From positions 1 through 55,088 of the forward strand of contig NMRA01001100.1 of NCBI GenBank assembly GCA_002633005.1: a DNA stretch of 55,088 nt. The letters run 5' to 3'. The notes under the pieces are model-generated. The model was not told the DNA's origin and made no database searches. It was given only the letters and a program-made list of their open reading frames with translations. This document shows, in pieces, positions 12,123 to 24,910 of this stretch. The first letter of the stretch is position 1. Each line of letters begins with the position of its first letter. This DNA is from Phoronis australis. Taxonomy: Eukaryota; Animalia; Phoronida. The translations under genes and the position numbers were made by a program.

Positions 12123-12819
12123 TTTTTATGGGACCACATATTTATATGTGGGCGCATAAAAGACAGAGGGCAAAGGGTGTCGGACCGACCCGAATACCGC
12201 TGTGCCCCCTAGTGCAATTTTAGTTCTTTACGTGTGCCTCTGTGTCTTCAAAAGTCCTGAACTGATTTTCATGAAATTTGGCACACAGGCATCTATTAAT
12301 GAGCTGACACTATCCTCACGTTTTCTGATGGATTCAAGGCATTTTGCGCCATCTTGTGGCCATTTTTACTATTTTCGAGTCCGTTTTTTTGGCGTCCACC
12401 CCTCCATCAACCGAACCACTAAGGATGATTTTGAAAATTTGTGGCGCCGCCTAGTGGCAGTTTTTTTGCGCCCTTAGCTATATCTCCTAAGCCCTCTGCA
12501 GAATGTTTATTAAATTTAGTAAGTGCATTTACATGACGTTGACAACGGAAGACGGCAACTTTCAGACGGATCCTACATGTATGAACCTTTGTCTCCTATT
12601 GGCAATTTCATGTTTCCATTTTGCTAAAGTTTCTCGACCAATTTTCATGAAATGTGGTAAATAGCTTTCTGTTGAAAATACTTACATTTTCCAGTTTTTT
12701 TGATGGATTCGAAATATTTTGCACTATCTAGTGGCCATTTTTATAACACAAACACCCAAAAAGCACACTGTTTGCAGTGCATTCGTGGGCGCATTTAACG
12801 CTCCCCGTTGCTCTTGTTT
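12123..12819 (+). mobile_element. HINE-like element, copy 2, PRDX6 intron 5
   Basis: Same 5' palindrome (ccacatatttatatgtgggcgcat), same internal subunits and same 3' end (gtgggcgcatttaacgctccccgttgctcttgtt) as 6127-7449. Confidence 0.75.
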
Positions 12820-13646
12820 ATTTTGCAATAGTAGTACTTCAAAGATATGTAGAACACACTTGTGACAGCATGGAGAGAAGGCTGCGCCACAACAACACGT
12901 TTAATTAAGGCTGTACTGTTTTACATTGAGGAGGTGAAGTGCCTGTTTGAGTTATTGTTTTGATCTAACAGATTTCTCTGTGTGTAATGGTCGTTAACGG
13001 CTTCGTTTGTTTTATCGTGCTTAAAATTAGTGACTGAAACTGTGATAGTTGTTACTGAAGTTTTGAACTTGTCTCGATATTACCCGGCATTTTATTCATT
13101 GACCTTGCCTGATTAATTATGCAGGGATGCTGTGGCGAAAGAAAGGTTCGGTACTAAGATTCGGCGCTTGCTCTGTTGAAAATTGCACGACATTTACGTA
13201 GTGACAAGTCTTTTCTCAAATCAATCAACATTCCAGCATCGCCCACCAATCATTTCAAATTGCGGATACGTTGTCAGTCCACGCCACTAAGGTCGGGGAT
13301 TATTCGATATAGTCTTCCACTCACTTCATGTTGCGTGATCTCGCAAGAAAACCTCCAACTTAGAAACGCAGCTACTGTATGATAGCTCACTCTGCCAACA
13401 GGCGGCTCTTGGAATGACAAAATTTCAAAAAAGTTGCGAGTGAAGAGCAATTTTAGTTAGAAATTGTACAAACCTGTCACGAAATTTGTGGAGGCAAACA
13501 TAATCAGGTGGTGAACAGGTTGGTAAGAATATGTTTGCATTTTGCAACTCTCGTTCCTGCCACAGAACAGGTGTTATCAGACTCCCCTGTGAACCCTTGG
13601 TTTGCGAAGTGCGTTTAATGCTAACTTGTTTTCTTAAATATTGCAG

Positions 13647-13775
13647 CCAGGTCAAGAGGCCATGGTGGTTCCTACCGTAAAGCCCGAGGAGGTTTCTACC
13701 TTGTTTCCGAAGGGCGTGCGAGAGCAGAAAGTGCCGTCCGGCAAGGGCTATCTGCGCTTTACAACCGATTACTAA
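13647..13775 (+). CDS. PRDX6: PRDX6 exon 6 (last coding exon)
   Basis: ttgcag|PGQEAMVVPTVKPEEVSTLFPKGVREQKVPSGKGYLRFTTDY-TAA, the Prx6 C-terminal FPKG...PSGKxYLR motif. The spliced CDS is 660 nt (219 aa plus stop). Confidence 0.96.
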   Translation, partial: PGQEAMVVPTVKPEEVSTLFPKGVREQKVPSGKGYLRFTTDY

Positions 13776-14003
13776 ATGACCGGTTAAATTTTGTATGAGC
13801 GACCAACTGTCGTTGAGTTAGCTGTAAACAGACTAGCTTAGTCGAAAAAGAGTATCTGTGATTATCATTTCAGCCAGCAATAGTGTGCATGCATATGTTT
13901 TCTGTACTGCTACCGGGGGAACGTCTCGGTGTGCTGTAAAGCCGTCACACTGTGTTTTGCTCGTTTTTCATTCCTCTATGTTACAATTTCCCTGAACCTT
14001 GCA

Positions 14004-14009
14004 AATAAA
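14004..14009 (+). promoter_or_regulatory. Probable PRDX6 polyadenylation signal
   Basis: AATAAA about 230 nt after the stop codon, followed by GT-rich sequence. Confidence 0.6.
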
Positions 14010-14638
14010 AAACAAGAACTTGTATGCATTGTTTATCCACATCCCAGGTGGGTCTGAATTTTAAAGTCGTGTCACGCTATGTGTGTGTGTGTGCGTGCGC
14101 GCGCGCGTGCGCACGTGCGTGCGTGTGTGTAAATCGTGAGTCACGTCTGCAAGTAGGAATTACTGTATGGGGTCGAAAAAGTCAAAACAGCATGCCAAGC
14201 GAATGACTAGAGAAAATTTGGATGTTCTGTTTTACACTTCTCAGGTCTCGTCAGGAGGCAGTGGGCCCGGCACCTACCCCTTGGCCGCCGGTAAAAAATA
14301 AAACGGCAAGAGCCTGAGGAAATATTGAGTTTATTATATAACTCCGGTAATTAACATGCGGCTGAAACGAAACTTGACAATGAATGCGATCGCGCAATCG
14401 GTTTCCCGCTTTATGTTTTTAGTCGTCCACATACTCAGAAATCCGGGCTTCCCTATATTTTAGAGTGAGTGCGCCCATGCAGTCCTGTGTTTTGCGATTC
14501 CCGAAACAAAGTGTTGGGGGCTCCCCTTACGATATCCTAAGTCTGCCACTGTTGCATGCTTTTGAAAATTGGTGATTTTGGCTACACGTGCTGTCGCGAA
14601 CGTGAGGTAGCGTTTTTTCGCTCTTAGTAGGTCACAAT

Positions 14639-16569
14639 TAGTGGGTGGGCCAGATTTTGTAGGACCTCTAGAAAATGGTTTTTGTGAGTACTTTAGGGGG
14701 GCAATTTTATTTTGGTGTTTTTTATTTCATTTATTAGAGTGTTTTCAAAATCTAAAAAGTTCCCACATATAAAGTTGCACATTTTTGAGAAATTTGAGTT
14801 TGAAGTTACCTAATAATCACCAAAGAGCTTAGTAAACTTATATTTGTAAAAACAACAGTTTTGGTGACTTTTTTGTAAAACAAGTAATATGGTCCCATCA
14901 GTGCCATTGTATTGAACAATATTACACTCACATTACATGTTTTACTATTGTAAATTAATTGTAAACAGTGAAATTTAAAAANNNNNNNNNNNNNNNNNNN
15001 NNNNNNNNNNNNNNNNNNNNNNNNNNNNNNNNNNNNNNNNNNNNNNNNNNNNNNNNNNNNNNNNNNNNNNNNNNNNNNNNNNNNNNNNNNNNNNNNNNNN
15101 NNNNNNNNNNNNNNNNNNNNNNNNNNNNNNNNNNNNNNNNNNNNNNNNNNNNNNNNNNNNNNNNNNNNNNNNNNNNNNNNNNNNNNNNNNNNNNNNNNNN
15201 NNNNNNNNNNNNNNNNNNNNNNNNNNNNNNNNNNNNNNNNNNNNNNNNNNNNNNNNNNNNNNNNNNNNNNNNNNNNNNNNNNNNNNNNNNNNNNNNNNNN
15301 NNNNNNNNNNNNNNNNNNNNNNNNNNNNNNNNNNNNNNNNNNNNNNNNNNNNNNNNNNNNNNNNNNNNNNNNNNNNNNNNNNNNNNNNNNNNNNNNNNNN
15401 NNNNNNNNNNNNNNNNNNNNNNNNNNNNNNNNNNNNNNNNNNNNNNNNNNNNNNNNNNNNNNNNNNNNNNNNNNNNNNNNNNNNNNNNNNNNNNNNNNNN
15501 NNNNNNNNNNNNNNNNNNNNNNNNNNNNNNNNNNNNNNNNNNNNNNNNNNNNNNNNNNNNNNNNNNNNNNNNNNNNNNNNNNNNNNNNNNNNNNNNNNNN
15601 NNNNNNNNNNNNNNNNNNNNNNNNNNNNNNNNNNNNNNNNNNNNNNNNNNNNNNNNNNNNNNNNNNNNNNNNNNNNNNNNNNNNNNNNNNNNNNNNNNNN
15701 NNNNNNNNNNNNNNNNNNNNNNNNNNNNNNNNNNNNNNNNNNNNNNNNNNNNNNNNNNNNNNNNNNNNNNNNNNNNNNNNNNNNNNNNNNNNNNNNNNNN
15801 NNNNNNNNNNNNNNNNNNNNNNNNNNNNNNNNNNNNNNNNNNNNNNNNNNNNNNNNNNNNNNNNNNNNNNNNNNNNNNNNNNNNNNTTTCAGAATGTTCC
15901 TATCTTGTTCAGGTTAATTGGGTGTTTCAGATTTTGGAAGTGATTGATTTTCTTGGGAAATCTTGGATAACATCTGTATCACTTTCAGCAACTTCAGCTT
16001 TAGTACTACTGTTGGTGCCTTGAAACGTTGCTATGCCGTTCTATGTCCTTTCAATTTTCTGGTCTGACACTTGGTATTCTAGTCTATAGCACTCAGCAGT
16101 ATACTGTGTAGGCTACCAGGGCATGCAGCTGTTTTCTGCACAAACGCTTGTGACACTTCTTCTTTTTGATCTACTGATCTACAGAGTTCCACAGTCAATC
16201 AGCTTTCGTCAGGAAGCTTTCCTAAGCTTCTTTAGGCTCTGACATCACAATTTTGTGCTGTTTGATAAACCTTGAATTATACAGACATCACATTCCATGG
16301 GAGCAGCCATATTGAAGTAACTAAGCACAACAATACAATTTGGCTCTCTGATTGGTCAATTCACTAGAAAAGCGCCATCAAGTAGCAGGAATATGCATCA
16401 TATTTTGTGCAACAAAAACACCTTTTTTAAAAAAATGTGCAAGTGTAGACGTGGGAACTCTTTGGAATTTGATTTTTAGTTATATTATCTAGCCACATAG
16501 AAAAAACTAGGTTGCCCCCCCCCAAAGTACTCACAAGGGTGAACGCTATGAGATTTGGCCCACCGACTA
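14639..16569. mobile_element. DNA transposon with long imperfect TIRs spanning the assembly gap
   Basis: Left end tagtgggtgggccagatttt...gtgagtactttagggggg...gttcccacat...ttgcacattttt mirrors right end aaaaatgtgcaa...gtgggaact...ccccccaaagtactcac...agatttggcccaccgacta. Confidence 0.65.
14982..15886. other. Assembly gap (N run)
   Basis: 905 consecutive N. Confidence 0.99.
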
Positions 16570-17385
16570 AATGTTATACGTTTTCGCGATGACGGCTCGC
16601 GCGGTTGTTCACAACGCGGAAACTACTGTCTGCAAGTACAATGTAAGTAATCGACAAAAAATTCAATCATAAAAAGGCGTTAAATTTGTGCAACGCTTTA
16701 TTGTTCCTACATGTAGACAGTTTAACCACAGAGGAGATAGAGCAGATCAGCACATTTGTCGTAGTCGGTTAACTAATTGAAATACGGCCCTTATTCTAAG
16801 GCCAGTTTCACATTGATGATTTTCTCGGGAGGACCTTAAATTGTTTGGTGTGTGTAAAAAACAGTTGAGAGAAACGCATTGACATAAAAAATGTGACAAC
16901 GATGTGATTGGAACATAACAATTTTATTACCAAGCACATAAAGCTGTTGCTTTTGTGTGTTGGTTCAATGTGTTTTCGTATGAGAACAACGGAGAAAATG
17001 TTCCACATTTTGCAAATTTGGCTATTTTTCGAAGGTCTTGCATAAGCTTTAAGAGTTACTTTGCCGAGCGATACGGCGTGCACTGATGTCGGTGTTGACA
17101 GTGCAGGCAAGAAATTAAATCATCGATACATACACGTGTATGGCCTTGGGCTAGTGAAAATCCCAGTTATTTTAAATTCCGTTAGGAAAGACAAAGGTAC
17201 GATTTGGAGGGAAAATGTTTCTCTAGCTTAACTCTGAACGTGATAGCTTCGTATGGAAAATGAGTGTGCTTACGTCAAGTTCGGATTCAAGTGACGTCAA
17301 TCAATTGTCACCTACTTGAAAAAGGCAGCACAAGACATCTTGCTTAGACATCTTGCATTTTTAACTCTTGTGTTCACGACTTCAT

Positions 17386-17410
17386 ATGAAGACCCACAGA
17401 TTGTGCCTCG
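17386..17410 (+). CDS. Candidate first coding exon of the ShKT-Ig-kringle gene
   Basis: ATG AAG ACC CAC AGA TTG TGC CTC G|gtaagt (MKTHRLCL, phase 1), a consensus donor. A TGACGTCA palindrome lies about 90 nt upstream. Confidence 0.3.
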
Positions 17411-17759
17411 GTAAGTCCATCACTGATACAATTGTTAACCATTATGTTTGAACTTTGTCATTTTTTCAACCATTGATTGGGAATTTACCATTTGACAATA
17501 CAATATATGGTGGTTGCAAATCAGAGAGTGTTAACATGACAACCAGCAAACCTAACAATAACACTGGCAATATATCAAGTTACCAAATTCAATTGGCTTT
17601 ACAGAAGTTAAAAACATTGGTCACTTTGACACCTCCTTTGTTATAGCCAAGAACAGGACGGGTGTGTTTAAATTTATATTATTTGAAAAGAGTACTATTA
17701 AGTTAAGTCACAAATATATTGAGACGGACATGGAAGGATTACCAAAAGGTGAATAATTT

Positions 17760-19640
17760 TCGGTGTAACCAGAGATTTGATCACAGTAACCCTTCTAAAA
17801 GGCGTCAGGTTTCTTCTTGACCTATATCTCAATAGGATTTGTATCTCTTTTAAATTTTGGCAAAAATGTTTGATCAGCCATATCCTTTAGAATGACTCCA
17901 ACTCCAAGGAGCACAGAAAAATATTTTTTGTCTACGACAGACTTTTTTCTTTTGTAGTATTTTTTCTGACTATTAGCATTAATACCAAACTAAACCGAGC
18001 AACGTTTGTCTTTTCGACAATGATGCGAAGGCCAGAAAAATAAGCAATGTTTCAAAAAATTCAAAGTAGACCGCAACGAAACTTCAGATCCATCTAATGT
18101 CATGGATGTACCAACCGCATTCTGAGAAATACTGCCCACACTGTTATCCATCATTTCTGATCATATGAGCAATTGTCTCCGCATAAATAGTACATAGATG
18201 GGGGGGGGGGGGGGNAAGGGTCACATTGCCTAACCCCACTTTGGATATTAAACCAGCGTGACTGTTGTCCATTAACTTTAACACAAAATTTTGTTTGGGT
18301 AAACACTCTGGCCCTATGTTTTATAGAGCATCCACACAAGAGAACTCGGTCGGCCATTTGTATTCCAAAAAGATATCTCCCTCCCACCTCCGAATCCAAA
18401 GATTCAACGCTGTTCAAAGCGCCATCCATTGCACAAAAAGATAACCAATGTCACAATCCAAAATCAAAAAAAGGAAAGAATTTTGCCTATAAAGTCCTAG
18501 GCTAAAAATCAAACACTTTCTCAAAATCAGTAAAAGCAACCCGCGTTTGCCAATTTTCTCAGTGTAATAAAAAGCTCCTAAAGTATACGAATGTTTTCGC
18601 TCATATTCCTTCCCGAGACAAAGTCCGTTAGGTCTTCGTGGATAAATTTAGCTAAAAACATTTTGAATTAAATAAGTCCTGAAACTGCTGCTGAAGCTAA
18701 CTTATAAGTGACAATGAGCAGACATATAAGAAGCCAGTTCTTAAGATAATAATTACTTTTGTGGCCCCATGTTGGTATCCATGTAATGACTCCCTCCATT
18801 GGGTGGATGACAACTTTCCAATATCAAATCCTGTATTAAAAGAACGTGCAACAAAAATTCCAACGTCGGTCTAGAAAATTTTAAAAATTCAAGGGTAAAC
18901 CTGTAAGAGAAAGAACTCATTGTTTTTCCGTTTTTTTGAAACAACAGGCTACCTCTTCGATACTATTTTTTCCATTTCAGAAAGCTTTGGACAATTGGCA
19001 TCTTTTAAAATGTCACAAAAATCAACCCCTTTGCTACACCTAAACTCATCCAAATTTTCATAAACGTTCTGTGTTCATGGATAATTTCATATTCATCTTT
19101 TGTTTTAGCATTGTCTGCCTTTCTTAAAAAGGCATATGTTTGCAGGATTAGTGTATGTTTCCAAATGGCGAATTAGATGAATTTTCGCCATGTTCGATCC
19201 ATTTGACCTTGATCCTAATCATGAGATCTTGTAATTTCTCCCTTCTCAAATCATAATTGGTCGGTTAAGCCTTCACTCAAAATCCTAGCGATAAAAAATT
19301 CTTCCGTTAACCTGTTGAATTGTACAAGTAGATCACAATCTGGAATCTGATCAATGTCTGATGAATTATCAACTACACGTTAGTTTTTAACAGTTTTAAT
19401 AACACTTTTTACCAAACTTACATATTCCATGTTTTTAGCATGGATTTGTTGATTTCCAGAAAGTATTTTTCCTTTTAGTCTTTTCTTTTTTGTTGAAATA
19501 ATTTTAAAGGTCAAATTCACCATGAAATGATCTGTTATAGCCTGGCTCTATTCTGTCGTCCTCTGTCTCTATCCATAATCTTTTCTAGAGTGCTTCTTCC
19601 CTGCTCTCCATTTATATTTTTTGTCCTGATTAAATTCACA
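17760..19640 (-). mobile_element. Decayed L1/Tx1-like LINE ORF2 fragments, interrupted at about 18310-18950
   Basis: Minus-strand remnants: DHFMVNL (APE end), EIIHEHRTFYENL, PKLSEMEKNSIE, and FCVKVNGQQSRWFNIQSGVRQCDP (RT GVRQGDP motif). Many stops and frameshifts. Confidence 0.7.
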
Positions 19641-20059
19641 ATTAATGTGAAAAGAAAGCGTCACGTATAAAACAAAATTCAAAACGCCAAAACGAAATGT
19701 AAATCCAAAGTTTTTTACCCGGCCTGTCAAAACTCAGGCACAAAAAGTGGACACTGATTTCATATCTTCAGATGCCGAGGGCGTTTATCAGAAGGTCATA
19801 TCTAATTATGGTGGTGCTAACTGGATTTTATTTCTGGCGATTCATACTCATTTCTGTCATACTCAGGTTCGAAAGTCACGAAAGCTTTGTAACTTTGTGA
19901 TTCATCGATTGTTTCTGTCCAGTGTCCGACTCCAGCCTCTGTGCCGGCTGCTGTTATGATCTCAAACTACAATGTACATGTACATGTATTTGCGTGGCAT
20001 CTACATCCCGTTTTCCACTATTGGGCATTGGCGTATACATGTATGTGGAAAACATACAT

Positions 20060-20440
20060 TCCCACAATCTTGAACAGTGAGCCAGGACTTAATGCTGAGG
20101 CGTCATACTCAATATGTGTCTGACAGCTACATGTATGTACTGTACGTTCCCAGCAATGGTAAAAAACAATACTTTTTCTTCATCAAATGCACTTAGAAAT
20201 TGGAGAAACCTTCGTCAAATGTCCGTTTTTGTGACATGTCGAAGCAGGATTCTTCAAAATGGGCTGAGCACAGCAAGACCCCTGAATCTTTCGCTTGCTC
20301 TACCGTGTGCTTTGTGACGCACGGGGCTGTGTCTGTTCTAGGCGATATTGGGGTATTTTGGAAAAACAAAAACTGAAATATTGTCTGTCCGAGACCAGTA
20401 CCTAGGTTCGCGGGTGGTGTAGAACAACACAATGGTGGAG
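20060..20440 (-). pseudogene. Degenerate THAP zinc-finger remnant, probably transposon-derived
   Basis: Frameshifted HCVV..., ISVFVFPKYP..., LLCSAHFEESCF and LSPGSL resemble the THAP C2CH motifs (FP, LCSxHF, LKPGxVP). Confidence 0.55.
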
Positions 20441-21198
20441 ACCGGATCTACCGATCACGTCACAAACAAATTAATTATTTAACTTTTAACACATATTTAT
20501 TGATTAAAAGTAAACAAATTGAAGAAGAAATACCTAAAATATAAAAAATATTGGTAGTTGAATTCAAGATTGTGTGACCATGGTGTGAAATGTTTACAGT
20601 AGAAAGTTTGATGTTTAACTTTTTATCAACTTGGCATTGATTGGGTCATGTTATCACGTGTTTTGGGTATAATTTAGCAAACTAATGCACATCGATAGCA
20701 AAACCAACAGAATGGCCGAACGCTCAAAAATGCTGTTACATTTTTTCTACTGTATCATTTAGTTTTCGTTTTGTGCAACTTTTGAATTTTCTATGAAAAT
20801 CTTAAAATTCAGTTTTTATATTTCCTCGTGCAAAAGTAGAACGTTTCAGAAACAATTCTTAACAACATGTTCGAGAACGACGCGTGATGCATAGTGTGTG
20901 AAAGTTCCGTAAGGATCCGATCACCTATCTTTGAAACTGTAGAGTTGATTGTGGTCTAGATGACATTTTGCCGCTATTTAGGTCACGTGACCTAAAACTT
21001 GCAAAATTCCAAAAATATAATGTGTTTTTGACCATCAGTAATGTTTGCATAAGAAACTAGATCCTGAATGATACGTATATTTTATCCTATATATCGCCCT
21101 TTAACAGCTGTTTGACATGGGTGAACCAGTTTTCCTATTATATTATTTATACGGGCTGTAAGAACTTTTGTAAGTATTTTATAATCAGCATTCAATAG

Positions 21199-21254
21199 AT
21201 ATATTGGACATAAATTATCTCAGAACTGGAGCTCGGCATCATCTTTTGACTTGG
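21199..21254 (+). CDS. Candidate short 5' exon of the ShKT-Ig-kringle gene
   Basis: ttcaatag|(D)ILDINYLRTGARHHLLTW|gtaagt; phase 1 in and phase 0 out, which would bridge the 17386-17410 and 22890-22957 candidates. Confidence 0.25.
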
Positions 21255-22889
21255 GTAAGTGCGTTATTGCTCCATGTCTCTGTGACGAAGATAATTCCCC
21301 CTCTGAAAAACATACATGTACAACCAGAGAGTGTGAATACAACACATGGTACATACATGTACTATATGCATCCTCAAAAAGACATTTTCGTTCGATTTGA
21401 ATTAGATTTTTGCCTGATTTTGTTGCGGACATTATTTGGACAATTGACCTATTGATGACGACCCAGATTAAAACAAGCTAGGCCTAAAATAATCGCCTGA
21501 TCACCGTACGTCGGAATTTTCATTGGTACATCTTTGCTGATAGTTATGTCTTTTAGATCAGGAAAACATTTTTTCAGGAAAGACGCCTTAGATCGATGCT
21601 TTAGTTAACCAAATGAACGAATGCAATCAAATTTGCCATCGCACACGTGACTTAACTTCACCAGGAAGCTGCACACCAACAGTGTAATACGGCCTATACA
21701 AGTGTATACGGAGTTGCTCTACTGTATTCACACACACACATGGGAAATGTTTTATTCCTGTATGGGTGATTGTGGCCACGGAAATATATGTATGGGATAC
21801 TAGAAAGTAGACCCAATCCATGGTTGAGTCATATTCCACGGTTGGTGTACAGCCTTCTGCGCGGAGGGTGAATTTGCGTGTGCAACGGCAAATTTCATGG
21901 GTTTCGTTCACTTAGCGTCATGCAAGAGGTTGTTCATGAAAAGCAATTTTAATGCTTTAAAACTATAAACTTTCAGTAAAGATTTACCCATGAAAATTCC
22001 GATGAACGGTGATGAGGCCGTTATTTTAATTTGGGTTATCAACAATTTAATTTTCCAATTGTCTACATAACGTATCCAACAAAATCGGGCAAATGTACAA
22101 TTCAAGTGGAACGAAAACATCTTCTTAAGATACTTTTGTCATATTTACACTATCCAATACTTCAGGAAGTTTTTACCTAATATAGAGTACATCTATTGGT
22201 TTTCTGCTCATTGGGTTCTTTGGCTCTCAACATCCGCGAATCTGCCACCTCGCTTAACACAATTTCCGATAGGGTTTGTCCGGTGCTGTGATGAGCGGAG
22301 AAAATTTCCTATCGCTACAGAGTATTCCCATTCTAGAAAACAAAAACGAGAAATTCATCGAAGCTAAAACAACAGACCAGTTAAATATTCCTTGATGTGT
22401 ATACAGTTTCCAAGGAGGGTTTATTTATGTCATTGAATTGCTCACTTTGCATTTCACAAAATAATTTTTTTATCAATTTATTACCTAATAAAATGTTACT
22501 ACTTATTCAGCATCACGACTTAATTGTAGAGAATCTTGTCGCTTTACCAACGCGCGTACGATTAGTATACATGTACACTGTACACATGACTCCATATAAC
22601 AAGCCAAAACGTGTATCGTTTCTACGCAAACATGCTCATGGAGTAAATAGGTTATCCCACATACATACAGTAGAAGTATTACTACGATATTCTGTCTCGA
22701 GTTCATTTCATTTTTTAATGTCCGATCTTGGCCTTCGGTGTCGTTGGGACACTCCAAGGTTAATTGAATTCTCTATAGGATATGCCAGTATTATTCCTAT
22801 GTAGGCGGGACAACCTATATATCTGCAAATTTTAAGTTGTTAAAACCCACTTTGAAAGTGCTCAAAAGTCACATTGTTTGAAATTATAG

Positions 22890-22957
22890 CGTGGTCTGCT
22901 TTTAGTTTTAGTGGTGGGTTTGTGTGGACTTCATCGTTACTTCGCGTCACGAAGTTC
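22890..22957 (+). CDS. Candidate signal-peptide exon
   Basis: aattatag|RGLLLVLVVGLCGLHRYFASRS+2nt|gtaagt: hydrophobic core and a perfect donor. It exits in phase 2 whereas the ShKT exon needs phase 1. Confidence 0.4.
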
Positions 22958-22997
22958 GTAAGTTTTGAACAATAGTGCAATGACTAGGAGTGACTCT

Positions 22998-24910
22998 CGT
23001 TGATATTAACTATCATCTTGTGGATGGCAAAAATTGAAATGGTGCACGCTTCTCTATATCATTGAGCCAGGACTAAACTTTGTACTCAAAACCCAATGAG
23101 GAGTTTTTGAGATTTTCCACCGTGATTTATTTAAAGTATATAAAACCACCAATTTCATATAAAAAACATCCAAAACAACGTCACCAGTCGACCAGGTATC
23201 AAATTTGAGCATCTTCAAACACCATCTGACGATATGTTCGTTAGCCGATCTCGAGTTACGGTCATTTACATACTACGCAGATGGAGACAACCAATCACAA
23301 CATTAGTCATCAACCATTGACAAATAGGCCGATATTGCTGCTTGTTTTCCCGCGGTTTATGGTGTAACAAAGAATTGCAATGTGTTGCGTTTATAGTGGT
23401 TGTGACAACTCAAGATTTGAACGCGCTGTGACTTTTCAATTTTCCCGCGGGAAACTAGGGGAGAGCGAATATATCACAATTTTGTATAAGAATGTCGCGT
23501 GTCGGTGGACATCACGCACCGGCGCTGGGTACGTTCATACGTCATGTTGGTGTCCGTGGAGCTAAGAAACATTCAATTGTTGCCGATTTCTTCAATTTTC
23601 TCTTGTTTGGGATAGTGCATTCGCGGTTGCCATGTGTAATGCTGTAAATACATGGACAGCTTTAATGATGCTGAAAATGTAGTCACTTATTGGTACAAAA
23701 TAAATGGTGGTTTTAAACACTTTAAGTGAATGTTATTTGGTGCTCGATTGAATTTCCCGTATATTCCAGCGACAGACTCCATTATAAACGCGAGAATTTA
23801 TGTAAAAATCTCGAAATTATGACTTCATATTAGAGCTTTAGTGCTGGAGTTATAAAGCACAGATTAGAAGTAGTTGAATCATGAATATAAAGATTAGACC
23901 AATGCGTTTGCTACCAAATCCATCAGTTTTGGTATTTCATACAGAGGCGTGTTAGCGACAAATGACCGATCAAAACGTCGTCCCAAAGTTAATAGCCCAG
24001 AGTTTGCTGTAAATAGACCGATAAATTTTAGAAATGACGTTAGTCGTTAGTAGCTCGATTACATAACCTAATAATCAGGGCGACAATGTGTGTCGGCGTT
24101 CACAACAGTATTTTTACACCAAAGAACGATGTTTCAAAACCAGTAGATGGCATTGTGGTAATACGTTGGCAGTTCGTTAGCAGTTGTGTATAAACAAAGG
24201 TTTAGTCCTCCACTGACGTGTGTCTGTGAGCGCGTGCGCCGATGAAATACTTATTTTTTATCGAAACGGAGTCGTACGATGGGTTGTTGAAAAAATAGTA
24301 ATCATTGTAAGGCGGAAGACTCCACCGCCTGTATTGCATGGTTTATAGTACACGTAAATCCTAATAATTCTCGGAGCCATCGGTGTTTTATATACATTTC
24401 AATTCCAGTGTTTTATTTTGCAAATCGGTTTTAGTCCCCAGTTGTTTCATATCCTTTCCATTTTGAAGAATCATAATTTTAAGTTATCCAGTCGCTTCAC
24501 GCGGTTTTTGTTTCTTTGCAGATGTATGTCGTAACATACCCGACTACTACGCCTGCCTCGACTTATTACTAAGCTCGTCGCACAGCCAACTATGCTTGAA
24601 CGAGACGGCCTATTGGCGCTCCCTGAGAGCAAATTGTTCAAAGTTGTGCCGTATGTGTAGAGGAACCCAAAGCAAGTATACATGTAGTAGTCGTAGAGAA
24701 GTAGGCCTACGCGTAAACATAGTGGTTTTTTGTACAGCGCTTTACATCCGGTATTTTCCGCTGACTGAAATTCTTTCGGAACATCTCAGATGTTTTAGTA
24801 ACCTCATATTTGTTCTTGGAGATAAACGCTATCTGTGCATTTGGGAACTTCAATGCTACGGCCAATCGTAACTCTTATTTTTAAGTGAAAAAACGTTCTA
24901 GCTAGAAGTT
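22998..24910 (+). repeat. ShKT tandem-duplication unit 1
   Basis: Aligns with 24910-25622 plus 27859-28895 (shared blocks such as ccatctgacgatatgttc, gcagatggagacaaccaatcacaacattagtcatc and aaaacgtcgtcccaaagttaatagcccagag). Confidence 0.9.
24522..24671 (+). CDS. ShKT-domain exon 1
   Basis: tttctttgcag|xVCRNIPDYYACLDLLLSSSHSQLCLNETAYWRSLRANCSKLCRMCRGTQ|gcaagt. Six Cys ending CxxxCxxC; 150 nt, phase 1-1. Confidence 0.8.

Noticed and set aside
14968-16023. 351-aa ORF in the track
   Set aside because: Artefact of translating the N gap.
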